Assembly: GCF_006345805.1 (NCBI RefSeq)
Contig: NC_042997.1
Span: 142,352,001-142,416,000 of the forward strand
Direction of reading: 5' to 3'
Length of the DNA: 64,000 bases
Source of the DNA: Octopus sinensis
Lineage: Eukaryota
The notes under the pieces are model-generated. The model was given only the letters and a program-made list of their open reading frames with translations, searched no databases and had not been told where the DNA came from. The first letter of the stretch is position 1. Each line of letters starts with the position of its first letter. The position numbers were made by a program, and so were the translations under genes. Below are positions 26,335 to 37,660 of the stretch, piece by piece.

Positions 26335-26578
26335 ACAGACAGAAGCTGAAAGAAGCCCATTATGTGTGTATGTGTGTGTTTGGTGTGTGCCACTTTGTCC
26401 CCCCACTATTGCTTGACAACCAGTGCTGGTGTGTTTAGGTCCCCATATCTTAGTGGTTTGGCAAATGAGACTGATAAAATAAGTCTTGGGGTCGATTTCT
26501 TTGACTAAAACCCTTTAAGGTGGTGCTCCAGCATGGCCGCAGTCAAATGACTGAAACAAGTAAAAGAATAAAAGAATT
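26335..26578 (+). mobile_element. SINE family A 3' half
   Basis: gcttgacaaccagtgctggtg...ggtgctccagcatggccgcagtcaaatgactgaaacaagtaaaagaat. Confidence 0.85.
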
Positions 26579-26701
26579 GGCTTTGAGTCTAATGTTTTGT
26601 TGTGCATGGCCATGTCATGTTGAATGTAATGGCTCTTGTTCAGTAACCAAAGTTAAGCAACATCAAGTCTAGTAAATAAGATTTAGATAGGTGACTGCTT
26701 G

Positions 26702-26919
26702 GTAATCCTAGATGCAGTGAGTAATCCTAGATGCTGCGAGTAATCCTAGATGCTAAGGACTATACAATAAAGTCTACCAATTCAATCCTGTAAGTAATCC
26801 TAGATGCTAAGGACTATACAATAAGATCTACCAATTCAATTCTGTAAGTAATCCTAGATGCTGTGAGTAATCCTAGATGCTAAGGACAATACAATAAGGT
26901 CTACCAATTCAATACTGCG
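26702..26919. repeat. Composite minisatellite of 19-bp and 54-bp units sharing gtaatcctagatgc
   Basis: 14-mer starts at 26702, 26721, 26740, 26794, 26848, 26867. Confidence 0.9.
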
Positions 26920-27009
26920 GTCAATGGTACTGACTAACCCCACTCACTCAAATCTATTGGCTTTGTATCTGAATTAGAAAACATTATTATTATTATTATT
27001 ATTGAATAA

Positions 27010-27235
27010 AAGAAAGGCAGAAAGTTGGTGGAATTGTTACCATGCCTGAAAAAAAGTGGTTAGCAGCAGCAGCACTACTTCAGTTCTTTGCATTCTGGGT
27101 TCAAATGTTGTCAAAGTTGACTTTGCTTTTCATTCTTTTGGAATCAATAAAATATGTAGTTGAGTACTATGGTTAATGTAATCAACTCCCCCTCTTCCAG
27201 AATTACTTGCTTTGTGCCAGAATTAGAAAAAAAGC
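27010..27235 (+). mobile_element. SINE family B, diverged
   Basis: gggttcaaat...gttgactttgcttttcattctttt...gttgagtact core. Confidence 0.65.
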
Positions 27236-27571
27236 ATTATATAAAGGAGAAGGGCAACAGTGAAAAATTCCAAGTACACAAGTTCTATTTCTTATTTAGA
27301 GTTCACCAAGAAAATAATGAATGTCTTTTTCTTTTAAATAATCAAATAATCATATCTTGACCTTTTGACCTTACTGAATCATCAAAAATAAGAAAAACAA
27401 AATAGATATCAACTGAACTACCTTGTTCATTGAAGTAGCTCATAAGTGGCTGAGTTTCTCACCGACACATCTACACTGAATGCAATTCATAGGCAGAATC
27501 AGCCTGATTAAATCTATCACAAGGATGAATTTTTTGAATCACAGATACAGTCCATTTGATGGACCTTCACA

Positions 27572-27732
27572 CAGGGCCATTTTAGCATTAAAGGCCCCCA
27601 GGCAAGTCAATGAACTAGGCCCTAAATTATATGTTGACACCAATCCACAGCTTGCATAGATTAGAATTGGGCTCCCAGACTTGTGGGGCCCCTAGACAAC
27701 TGTCCAGTGTACTCATGACTAAGATAGCACTG
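27572..27732. mobile_element. hAT-type MITE
   Basis: Imperfect 14-bp TIRs cagggccattttag / ctaagatagcactg; 8-bp flanks ccttcaca / catccaca (6/8). Confidence 0.6.
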
Positions 27733-28788
27733 CATCCACACAGTTTCTGCCTCCTCAGTTTCATTCACAAAACTTAGATTGATTGGAGGCAATGGTAAAA
27801 GACACTTGACCAAGATGCTACCACACAATAAGATTGAAACTGGGTTAGTGAGATTGTGAAGCAATCTTCTTAAACATTTGGTCGTGCAGTATATTTCACA
27901 TGGTTATATTTCACCATGTAAAATATAACCAGAAAAAATATGGTTTTATTTGGGGGGGGGAAAAAAAAAGATAGCACAAATATTTTTAAAAAGTGATATT
28001 TGAACATCATATGATTATTTGATTGCTTACAGTAGTTGACCATGCGTAGTCCACTCCAATGTAAATTATTACCAAAATGAAAAGGAAAAAAATATACTTA
28101 CAATATCAGGCTTTAAAATCTATTGGGATTAATTTAATCATTCATTGCTCTGTTGATAAAAATGATAGAGAAAAGTGAAAGTGATTTTCTAAATGAAAAG
28201 CAAAAAACTCTGGTTTATTCAATTTTTCAACCATAAATTACGGAAACTTTTATCAATTTCATTCTGCCAATATTAAAAAGTAAGTGCTGTTCTTTAACTT
28301 AATATCTTCTGTGACATATTTATTCAATTTCAGAATAAAATAGAATATTTTCATGGCAGCTGTGTTGTAATGTTTTGTCTTCAGTTAGTTGGTGGCTAGA
28401 TTAGTGATCATTCAATTTTTGTGATTCACTCAGCACATTTATTTGGGAGGAGAATGTCTGCAGAAATTGTGTGTAAGGAACATCTGGAGCATTGTAAGTC
28501 ATTAAATAATTTAAACTTGACTTGAATCTTTTATCATCATCATCATCATCATCTTCATCTTCATCACCAGGATCATCTTTGTGATGAGCTGGCAAAATTG
28601 TTAGTGCAGCAAACAAAATACTTAGCAGCATTTGTTCTAGCTCTTTACTTTCTGAGTTCAAATGCCACAAAGATCAACTATGCCTTTCATCACTGAAAGG
28701 AGGAAAGACATAGTCAAGTATTGTTATCAATGCAATAGGCTTAAACTGTCACTTCAAAATTGCAAGCTTTGTGCCTATAGTAAAAAGA

Positions 28789-28789
<1 letters not shown>

Positions 28790-28826
<37 letters not shown>

Positions 28827-29280
28827 CATTATTATTATTATTATTATTGTAACACAGTGAAGGTGAAAATGCACCAGAGTCTTTAGTCATCTGTCAAGTC
28901 ACAAGGACCTCAGACATATAATACTTTCCTTAAGATGTGTGCTGTGTCCAATAAGGCTGTTATTTGCAAGACATCAATCTTGCATGGAATTTCCAGTTGC
29001 CTTAAGAAGTCTTGAAGTTTCAATGGGATTGAGCCCAATGCTCCAATCACCACTGGTATCACTTTTACATTACCATCTCACATTCCATACAGTCCACTTT
29101 CAATTCAGAGTACTTGGTGATTTTTTTTCAACCTCTTAAATCACAACATTCATGTCGTTTCGTATGGCTACATCAATAATCTGACCGTATTTGTCTCTCT
29201 TATTCAATATGATAATATCCAGCTGACAGTGTTCAATTACATGATCCATCTGAAAATCCTAGTCTCAGAGTATCATTACT
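28790..29280 (-). mobile_element. R4/Dong-type (REL endonuclease) non-LTR retrotransposon 3' fragment with (TAA)n tail
   Basis: Minus-strand translation DFQMDHVIEHCQLDIIILNKRDKYGQIIDVAI...IGALGSIPLKL...LQITALLDTAHILRKV, then a short UTR and (TAA)n at 28790-28848. Confidence 0.8.
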
Positions 29281-29416
29281 TTTCCATATCACCAAAGTCG
29301 ACTTTGCTTTCATTCTTTCAGGGTCAATGAAATAAGTGCCAGTTGAGTACTGGTGTCAAGATAATCAACTAACCCCCAAACTTACTGGCATCGTGCCAAA
29401 AATTTGAAAATATGAC

Positions 29417-29845
29417 AGCTAACCTGTCATATCTCTCAACTTTTCTTTCTTCCTTATTGCATACCTTGTTGTCAGTTGGGCATGCTATATCTGTGATCCA
29501 GCTTAGTTTGTTTTCTTTCTCAGTTAAGACTATGTCTGGCTTCCTATTCTCTATCTCATGGTTGCACTGAATCATAAAATCCCATAGGATCTTTGCATTT
29601 TTATTTTTGACTATGCCTTCGGGTTTGTGGTCGTACCAATTTTTTCTCTGTCAAGTCCATACTTGTTGAAAAGTGTCCAATGGACAAGCCTGCCTATATT
29701 GTTGTGGCGTCTCTTATATTCTTTGTAGGCTAGTGGCGTACATTGGCTAGTCATATGCCTTACAGTTTCACCGTTTTGTCCACAGATTCTGCACTTATCA
29801 CTTTCTGATGTGTTGTCTATTCTGTATTTGATTCGATTTTGATTT
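29417..29845 (-). pseudogene. R4/Dong-type LINE C-terminal fragment (CCHC knuckle plus PD-(D/E)xK REL domain)
   Basis: KCRICGQNGETVRHMTSQCTPLAYKEYKRRHNNIGRLVHW, frameshift, then KILWDFMIQCNHEIENRKPDIVL...ITDIACPTD...EERKVERY. Confidence 0.9.
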
Positions 29846-30205
29846 CACTTGACTCAACAGGTCTTTGCAAGCAGAAGTTAGTGTCCAATGAAGGAAAGAT
29901 ATGCATAAGTGGGCTGGTGACACTCCTGGCATAGGCCACGGGTTATGGTATTACTTGGCTTCCTGGGTTTTCTCACGTACTACATATTTCCAAAGGTCTC
30001 GGTTACTAGACATTGCTTCAGTGGGGCCTAATGTTCAAAGGTCGTGCTTCACCACCTCATCCCAGGTTTTCCTGGGGCTAGCTCTTCCACAGGTTCCCTC
30101 AGCCGCTAGGATGGTGCACTTTTTCACACAACTATCCTCATCCATTCTTGCCACATAACCATACCAGTGCAGTCATCTCTCTTGCACACCACATCTGATG
30201 CTTCT
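29846..30205 (-). mobile_element. RTE-clade LINE 3' fragment (RT C-terminus plus start of 3' UTR)
   Basis: GVQER*LHWYGYVARMDEDSCVKKC...EGTCGRASPRKTWD. The UTR motif gatttcacttgactcaacagg is shared with the (GAT)n-tailed elements. Confidence 0.85.
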
Positions 30206-31689
30206 GCTTTTTGTTTGTATATGTTTTATTTGATTGAACTGGTCAGATTGCTCCTAACAAGCATTTAGCAATTTATGCAATAGGTTCAATAATTATAGTA
30301 GTAAATTAAACTGCTGCATAGTACCTATTTTCAAAACTATAACATAGTTGAGATACAAATTTTGGATCATACTGTGAGTGCCAATGTTGTCTTTGGGGTT
30401 GGTGGTGATAATTCTACCTTGCATTTCTGGAAAAAAAATTCAGAAAGTTCAATGTTTGAATAATGTTCTTATAATATAAACATATAAAACCACTGATATT
30501 GAGTACCATTGCTATTATTCTGTCTATCCAAATTTTTGCTTGGTTGATTGTAAGAGAGTTTGTTCTGGTATTTCAGAAACTACTGAAGCTAAAATAAATT
30601 ATTGTTTCGCTTTTTGTTTTACAAAATCTTATTTCTTTTTTTAGTAAGTTATTTAGATATTAAGTAAGCAAGCCAGCTGTAGTCAACATGCTGTCCTATG
30701 CAGTCTGTAGATTACATGTAAAGTATAATCAGCTGCACAAAAAATGTGCAGCAGAAATACACTCATAATTACATGGCAACACAATTTCTTTTTGATATTG
30801 GTGGCTCCAGTAGTTAGAATTACAAAGTGTGAGCGTACATACAAATATTGACCACATATGCAGAAAAGAATTTTCTTTTGTTTATATTTGTGAACTTTGA
30901 GTAAAATATTTCTCCTGGTTATGTAACAAAATCAACAGGAGGCACTCGTTGAACATAATACTTGTAGTTTGACAATATTTTCTTAAAATAAGATTAAAAT
31001 AATTTTAATATAAGACATACATAAAAATTATATATTAGGGAAAAGAAGAAAATGTAAAAAATAAACTTAACCATTTTCATTAGCTTTTTAAATTTCATTT
31101 TGATTACGTTTTACATTGGTAATGTAAAAATACGAAGAAACATAGCTTCAAATATCATTCCTTATTTAAGAATTACTAAATTGTTCAATTTTTTTTATTA
31201 TCAGCTAATCTGAGAAATAGGAGCAAGAAAATATTTGTTTGATAATTGAACTTCAAACACTATTAACTTTATTTCTTTTCTTTTTCTTCTTTCATATATA
31301 ATGAAACTATTGAATTTTTATGTTAACGGAATTTTAGGTATTGTAACTTATTTCTTTAGAATTATACAAAACAAATCCCATTAACTGTTTTGTAATATTC
31401 ACGTCAACATATATAATGATTACATATAAATTTAAAGCTTTTGAAAATCATCATCGTCATTGCTTACCATTCACTTTTCCATGTTTGCAAGGATCAATCA
31501 GGATTCATTGAGACTGGTTTTTCTTTGCCCAAATGCCTTTCCTGTCATCAACCCTTACCTACTAAGTAATCAAAGTAATATTTCTCCATAGCCAAATATG
31601 TTCTCAGAAAATGAACAACACCATTTGTATGACAGTGAGGCACATTTACAAGTGTTGTATGATGTCAAGACAAGAAAAAGCACCTATTA

Positions 31690-31850
31690 CACTCTTGGAG
31701 TGATTGGTATTAGGAAGGGCATCCAGCTGTTGAAACCATGCCAAATCAGACTAGAATCTGGTACAGCCTTCCAACTTGCCAGCCCTGGTCAAACCATCCA
31801 ACCCATGGACAACGCATGTTAAATGATGATGATGATGATGATGATGATGA
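31690..31850 (+). mobile_element. RTE-type 3' end with (GAT)n tail
   Basis: taggaagggcatccagctgttgaaacc...gttaaatgatgatgat. Confidence 0.8.
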
Positions 31851-32155
31851 GATGTGTATGTATGGTTGGCGTTTGTGAGAGATGCAGCATTGAGGATGAA
31901 TGAAACCAGCTCAACCTACCCCGGGTGAATGCTGTAAGAAAAAGAAAAAGAAGTATAAGAAAATGAGATGACATATGAATAAATGATTATCATATGAACT
32001 TCATATGGTAATCCTTTGTCATTTCATTTTCTTATCTTTCTGTATTTGACTAACGCTTCTTTCTGCACCATACATATGTGGAGTTCTACACTCGGTTGTT
32101 AGTCATGCAATGCCTAAACTATATATATATATAGTTAATCCAAACATAAAACACA

Positions 32156-32204
<49 letters not shown>

Positions 32205-32206
<2 letters not shown>

Positions 32207-32370
32207 TTTAGCAGAAGTACGAGAGTGACTCAAGGTCCAAGAGTTTTGTGTGTTTACCAACATGCAAAACACATGGAAGTTACTCTGTTACTTCTGCTAA
32301 ACATTAATAAAAATATACATATACTCACATTCTGACTTCTATTTTCCTTGTTTGCATCAACATACCTATA
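32205..32370. mobile_element. Second copy of the 652-830 foldback family
   Basis: atttagcagaagtac...actctgttacttctgctaaa, followed by the same aatatacatatact...ttctattttcc flank. Confidence 0.7.
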
Positions 32371-32381
32371 CATATATATTC

Positions 32382-33285
32382 CATCATCATCATCATCATG
32401 ATTTAACGTCCATTATCCATGCTGGCATGGGTTAGACAGTTTAACTGGGCTGGCATGCTCGAAGGCTGCAGCAGACTCCTGTGTGATTTGGCATGGTTTT
32501 CTATGGCTGGATGCCCTTCCTAATACCAACCACTCTGGGAGTATAATCAGTGCTATATAATCAGAGTATAATAATCTATGCCACCAGCACAGGTGCCATT
32601 TGCATGACACCAGGATGCTTTTACGTGCCTCCGGCACAGGTGCGAATTTGCGGGCCACCGGTCTCTACAATGACTGTGATTTTGCTCAGCTTGATGGGTC
32701 TTCTTTTCAAGCATGACATAATGCCAAAAGTCTCAGTCATTGCCTTTTGCCTCTGTGATGCCCAGCACTCAAAAGCAACTCAGCCACTTTGCCTCTATGA
32801 GGCCCAACACTCAAAAGGAACTCAGCCACTTTGCCTCTGTGAGGCCCAGTGCTTGAAAGGTATTCTTTATGTGCCACCAGCATGGGTGTACTTGGCTTAA
32901 CAGGTCCTCTCAAGTACAGCACATCACCAAAGGTCTCGGTACTAATTATTGCCTCTGTGAGACTCAAAGTTCAAAACACACACACAGCAATGGTGCATGC
33001 ATGTGTGTAAATGTAAGCATATGTATGTATAAACATCATCATCACCGTTTAACGTCCGCTTTCCATGCTAGCATGGGTTGGATGGTTCAACTGGGGTCTG
33101 GGAAGCCAGAAGGCTGCACCAGGCCCAGTCTGATCTGGCAGTGTTTCTACAGCTGGATGCCCTTCCTAATGCCAACCACTCCGTGAGTGTAGTGGGAGCT
33201 TTTTACGTATCACCGGCACAGGTGCCAGACGAGGCTGGCAAACGGCCACGATCGGATGGTGCTTTTTACGTGCCACCGGCACACG
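32382..33285 (-). mobile_element. Two tandem RTE-type 3' end elements, one with an internal 42-bp repeat (32745-32860)
   Basis: (CAT)n starts at ~32382 and ~33034; gctggatgcccttcctaa cores; ctttgcctct-tgaggccca-cactcaaaaggaactcagcca repeated ~2.7 times. Confidence 0.8.
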
Positions 33286-34030
33286 TATCTGAATATTTAT
33301 AAGAGGTTAATGTGTATGTTTGTATCATCACCGATGGTCTTGGAAGGACATATTTGTCCTAAATCCACTCTGAGCAATATTCCAACCAAAATTTAGGCTA
33401 TTTTGGCATTGTACCTAATTACCGTTACTAAACCATATGCCATCTCCTTTACAAACTACTTTAACCTATCTTCCACACCTTTATTCTTTATCTTTTTTTC
33501 AGTTTCTCCATATTTGGTGTCCTTGTTATTCTACATTTGTTTTTTTTTAACCATTTGCTTTTATTTATATGCCTATACTTGTACTTGGCTAAATTTTCAT
33601 GATTAATTTGCTTTTATTGTTCAATTTGACAGTATTTTGCTTGAAAACTTTTTTGAATATATTTATCTACTTATCTTTGCTTTTTTTGGTGCATTCCAAA
33701 TATGGTCATTCTAACATCTATAATGGGGTGGAAGTCTGCCAAATACATCTACTGATTGCTACTATATAATAAGAAAACTTGCTAATTCTAGCAGAGTCTG
33801 ATGTTTGACTTATAATTCATTCTAATGTGCAGTTACAGCACAATTTTATCTATATGTATTTATATGTATGTTTATATATGTGTACCAGACAATGTAGTAT
33901 CACTGATGTAACCAGACACAGATTATGAAACAGCTGTTAAGAAATGGAATAAACATCTATTCTTGCGCTTCTCTTATCTGGCCTATATACACACACACAT
34001 GTATGCACTAATTTATATACATAACCAAAT

Positions 34031-34123
34031 GAGCTACTACCAAATGAGTTTCATGCCTTAATGACACTTGAACAGGTATATTTATAAAATGCACTATGTA
34101 TCTTAAAGCGATCATTCAGGCTC
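34031..34123 (-). ncRNA. Hammerhead-like motif with 8-nt core and long helix II
   Basis: gagc-CTGAATGA-t-cgctttaagatac...gtgtcattaaggca-t-GAAA-ct...ag-TA-gctc. Confidence 0.5.
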
Positions 34124-34287
34124 TGTTTATGTGTTATATATATTTTAAAAAACAAGGTTGCTGGATAGTAAGAAAAATAAGAAAAAATCATGAAAAAAAT
34201 GTGAAGAAGGTTGGTGCAAAAAATGGAATGAGCTGAAATTGCTGGATCTAAGAAAAATATGAAACTTGCCCACTTTAACAGACATGT

Positions 34288-34708
34288 ATGATAAAATCTG
34301 TCATATACAAGGCTGAAGTTACAGCTATGTTCCAAGTCAAATCAATTGAAAAGAAGAATTACATTGGTTTATGTGAGAGTGAAGTCAAGAGATGTTACGC
34401 AAACCACCTATTTTCTTTCCGGCATATTGATAAAAATAATGGAACTATGTTGGCTAGTTGCATATTAAATCTAAAGCGCTGCTCCACACCACATACAATT
34501 AAGTGGAGAATGGCAGAGAAATCCAAGCCATATGTTAATGGATCTAAAAAATGCAACTTATGCATTATTAAAAAGGATTTAATATTCTTCTTAGATCCAT
34601 CAATTCCAACACACTGCTTAATTCAAGATCTGAAATTTTTAGCAGGTGTAGATACATGGACAGGTTCCTTTTATTAAATTGGAGAGTACCACCTGCTCTG
34701 GATTGAGT
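34288..34708 (+). pseudogene. Penelope-type GIY-YIG endonuclease remnant
   Basis: NYIGLCESEVKRCYANHLFSFRH...TMLASCILNLK...IKWRMAEKSKPYVNGSKKCNLCIIKK, then a frameshifted LLNSRSEILAG...DRFLL typical of PLE C-termini. Confidence 0.85.
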
Positions 34709-35188
34709 TATTGTCTCACAGACATTGACATATTTTCTGTTATTTTGTTCTATACCAGTTATATTAATGAGTTTTCTGCAATCAGGGAGGAAGAGGATCC
34801 TAGTTTTCTTGATTTCCTTTTTGTTTTCTTGTTCTATTTTTTGTATCAGTCTTCTTCACATTTTTTCCATGCTTTTTCTTATTTTCTTACTACCCATTGA
34901 CCTTGTTTTTAAAATATATATAATGCATAAACAGAGCCTGAAAGATTGCTTTAAGATACATGCATATTTTATAAATATGCCTGTTCAAGTATCATAAAGG
35001 CATGAAGCTCTTTCAGTTGTGTATTTAGATTGATATTTATCTCTCACTGGATAGAGTACTTTCTCTTTGTTGATTCTACCTCTGTTGGATCTGTAAAGTA
35101 TACTCACACACACACAGAAATAAGCACATAAAATGCAAAACAAGTTGGAAAAAATGGTACTTGAATACCAAAGGTAGAGTAATATTCT

Positions 35189-35313
35189 TTTTTATTAAAG
35201 CTGCAAAAAATCACAAAACTGTTACTCAGAGTTTCCTGTTTCCATTCATCAATGAACAGAAATGTGAAACTCTGAGTAACAGTTTTGTGATGTTTTTGCA
35301 GCTTTAATAAAAA
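35189..35313. mobile_element. Palindrome of two head-to-head hammerhead-bearing terminal repeat halves
   Basis: ~46-bp arms ttttattaaagctgcaaaaaatcacaaaactgttactcagagtttc / gaaactctgagtaacagttttgtgatgtttttgcagctttaataaaa. A partial sister lies at ~42022-42065. Confidence 0.7.
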
Positions 35314-35514
35314 GGTGTCTATATATATATATATATATTACACTTGTAAATTATAAAACATAACTGTCATCGCTACTACATGAACCTGAAGATTACATAG
35401 TTTAATGCATGAAAGTCAGAATGGACATTTAATATTCTATCATTTCATTATATTATATTATTATAAGATTATAAATAAAATGTGAAGATCAAACCAAGTT
35501 GGAATTTCTTTGCA

Positions 35515-36053
35515 TACTTGCCTAGAACCTGTCCTCTGAACCACCCCTCCCACTGGTGCTCCCCTATATTTCTGCACCCCCCACCACCATTATAGGTGTC
35601 TACTCTTTGAACCCCCCTCTTCAATACGCTATTTCACCATGCATTACCCCTCTCTCGATATCCTACGTTCTACTTGCCTAGAACCTGTCCTCTGAACCAC
35701 CCCTCCCACTGGTGCTCCCCTATATTTCTGCACCCCCCACCACCATTATAGGTGTCTACTCTTTGAACCCCCCTCTTCAATACGCTATTTCACCATGCAT
35801 TACCCCTCTCTCGATATCCTACGTTCTACTTGCCTAGAACCTGTCCTCTGAACCACCCCTCCCACTGGTGCTCCCCTATATTTCTGCACCTCCCCCACCA
35901 CCATTATAGGTGTCTACTCTTTGAACCCCCCTCTTCAATACGCTATTTCACCATGCATTTCCCCTCTCTCGATATCCTACGTTCTACTTGCCTAGAACCT
36001 GTCCTCTGAACCACCCCTCCCACTGGTGCTCCCCTATATTTCTGCACCCCCCC
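35515..36053. repeat. 156-bp tandem repeat, ~3.4 near-identical copies
   Basis: Unit starts (tacttgcctagaacc) at 35515, 35671, 35827, 35985. Confidence 0.95.
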
Positions 36054-36054
36054 A

Positions 36055-36695
36055 TAAAAAAAGCACCATCCGAACGTGGCCGATGCCAGACCCCTCTGGC
36101 ACCTGTGCAGGTGGCACGTAAAAAACACCCACTACACTCGCGGAGTGGTTGGCATTAGGAAGGGCATCCAGCTGTAGAAACACTGCCAGACTAGACTGGA
36201 GCCTGGGGCAGTCCCGAGCTCCCCAGACCCCGGTCGAAACCGTCCAACCCGTACTAGCGCGGAAAACGGACGTTAAACGATGATGATGATGATGATGACT
36301 GCAGTGCTTGAAGAGACCTATTGAGTCAAGTACATCAACATCAAAATAAAACTCAAATGGAAATTGTAGTTGTGATACCCGTGCCGGTGGCAAGTAAAAA
36401 GCACCATCCGAACGTGGCCGATGCCAGCACCGCCTTGACTGGCTTCCATGCCGGTGGCATGTAAAAAAGCACCAGCCGATTGTGACCATTGCCAGCCTCC
36501 CCTGGCCCCTGTGCCGGTGGCACGTAAAAAGAACCCACTACACTCACGGAGTGGTTGGCGTTAGGAAGGGCATCCAGCTGTAGAAAACACTGCCAGATCA
36601 GGCTGGAGCCTGGTGCAGCCTCCTGGTTTCTCAGACCTCAGTCAAACCATCCAAACTATGCTAGTATGGACAACAGACGTTAAATGATGATGATG
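36055..36695 (+). mobile_element. Two tandem RTE-type 3' end elements with (GAT)n tails
   Basis: Tails at ~36278-36297 and ~36684-36695; ggaagggcatccagctgtagaaa cores. Confidence 0.85.
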
Positions 36696-36761
36696 ATATA
36701 TATATACACATGCATGCATGCATGTATCCATCTATCTGTTGATCTATCATTAACATATTTC

Positions 36762-36915
36762 ATTCATTAGACTGCAGCCTTGGAGAATCTTACTCAAATG
36801 AATCAACCCCATCACTTATTTTCTTTGTGAAGCTAGTGGTGTTCAACTGGTCTCTTTTACTGAACTGCTAAGTTATGGGAATGTAAACATACCAACACTG
36901 GTTGACAAAGTCATG

Positions 36916-36946
<31 letters not shown>

Positions 36947-37125
36947 GTATGTATGTGTATGTGTATATATATACATACATACACACAGTGGACTTCTTTC
37001 AGTTTCCATTTATCAAATCCTCTCACAAGGCTTTGGTCTGCCTGAGGTGCCATGCAGTGGGACTGAACTCAGAACCATGTAGTTAGGAGGTAAACTTTTT
37101 AGCACATAGCTATGTCTGCACCTAT
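36762..37125 (-). mobile_element. SINE family A
   Basis: Reverse complement of family A tail, body and head with an internal (CA)/(TA) tract. Confidence 0.75.
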
Positions 37126-37660
37126 TGATTATTAATGGTACAAAGCTGTATTTATATATATATATATCAAGCGCATGCATTTACAATTCCTTCCATATTC
37201 CTTATATATTTCACTATGAGCATTTGGCTGTTGAATATATTACAATGACAGCTGCTGTGTACAGCGTATTGCAAACATTATAAGAAAAGTAGTGTAAGAT
37301 AAGATCTCATTCATTTTGCTGCATGTAGCTGTAAGCTATCCTGGGCTCACTTCACTTTATTTCATTGCACACAACTAATAGGTCAGTTGTTCTTCAATAA
37401 CCAATTCTCAAAATCCTGCTTACAAAAGTGTGTTGAATTTAATAACCAGCAATTCTCTTATTATCAAACAGCTGAAAATGTTTATATTTTTACTTCCTGC
37501 TGTGATCATGGTATTCAGATCATTTATAGTCATTCTACATTGTTTTTTTTTATTATTATTTGACTCACATTTACTTCTTTACATATGTACTTCTCCATCC
37601 ACACTATCATCCATTCTACAAATACGCTAGCCTCACACTTCACTTTATATTGGAGGTTAA

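Larger units (their letters stand above)
34031..35015 (+). mobile_element. Penelope-like element remnant: GIY-YIG 3' fragment flanked by inverted terminal repeats
   Basis: Arms 34046-34228 and 34829-35010 are reverse complements; a GIY-YIG-type ORF lies between them. Confidence 0.85.

Noticed and set aside
26702-26919. CRISPR-like repeat-spacer appearance
   Set aside because: The repeat is only 14 bp, the spacers are copies of each other, there are no cas genes, and the context is eukaryotic.
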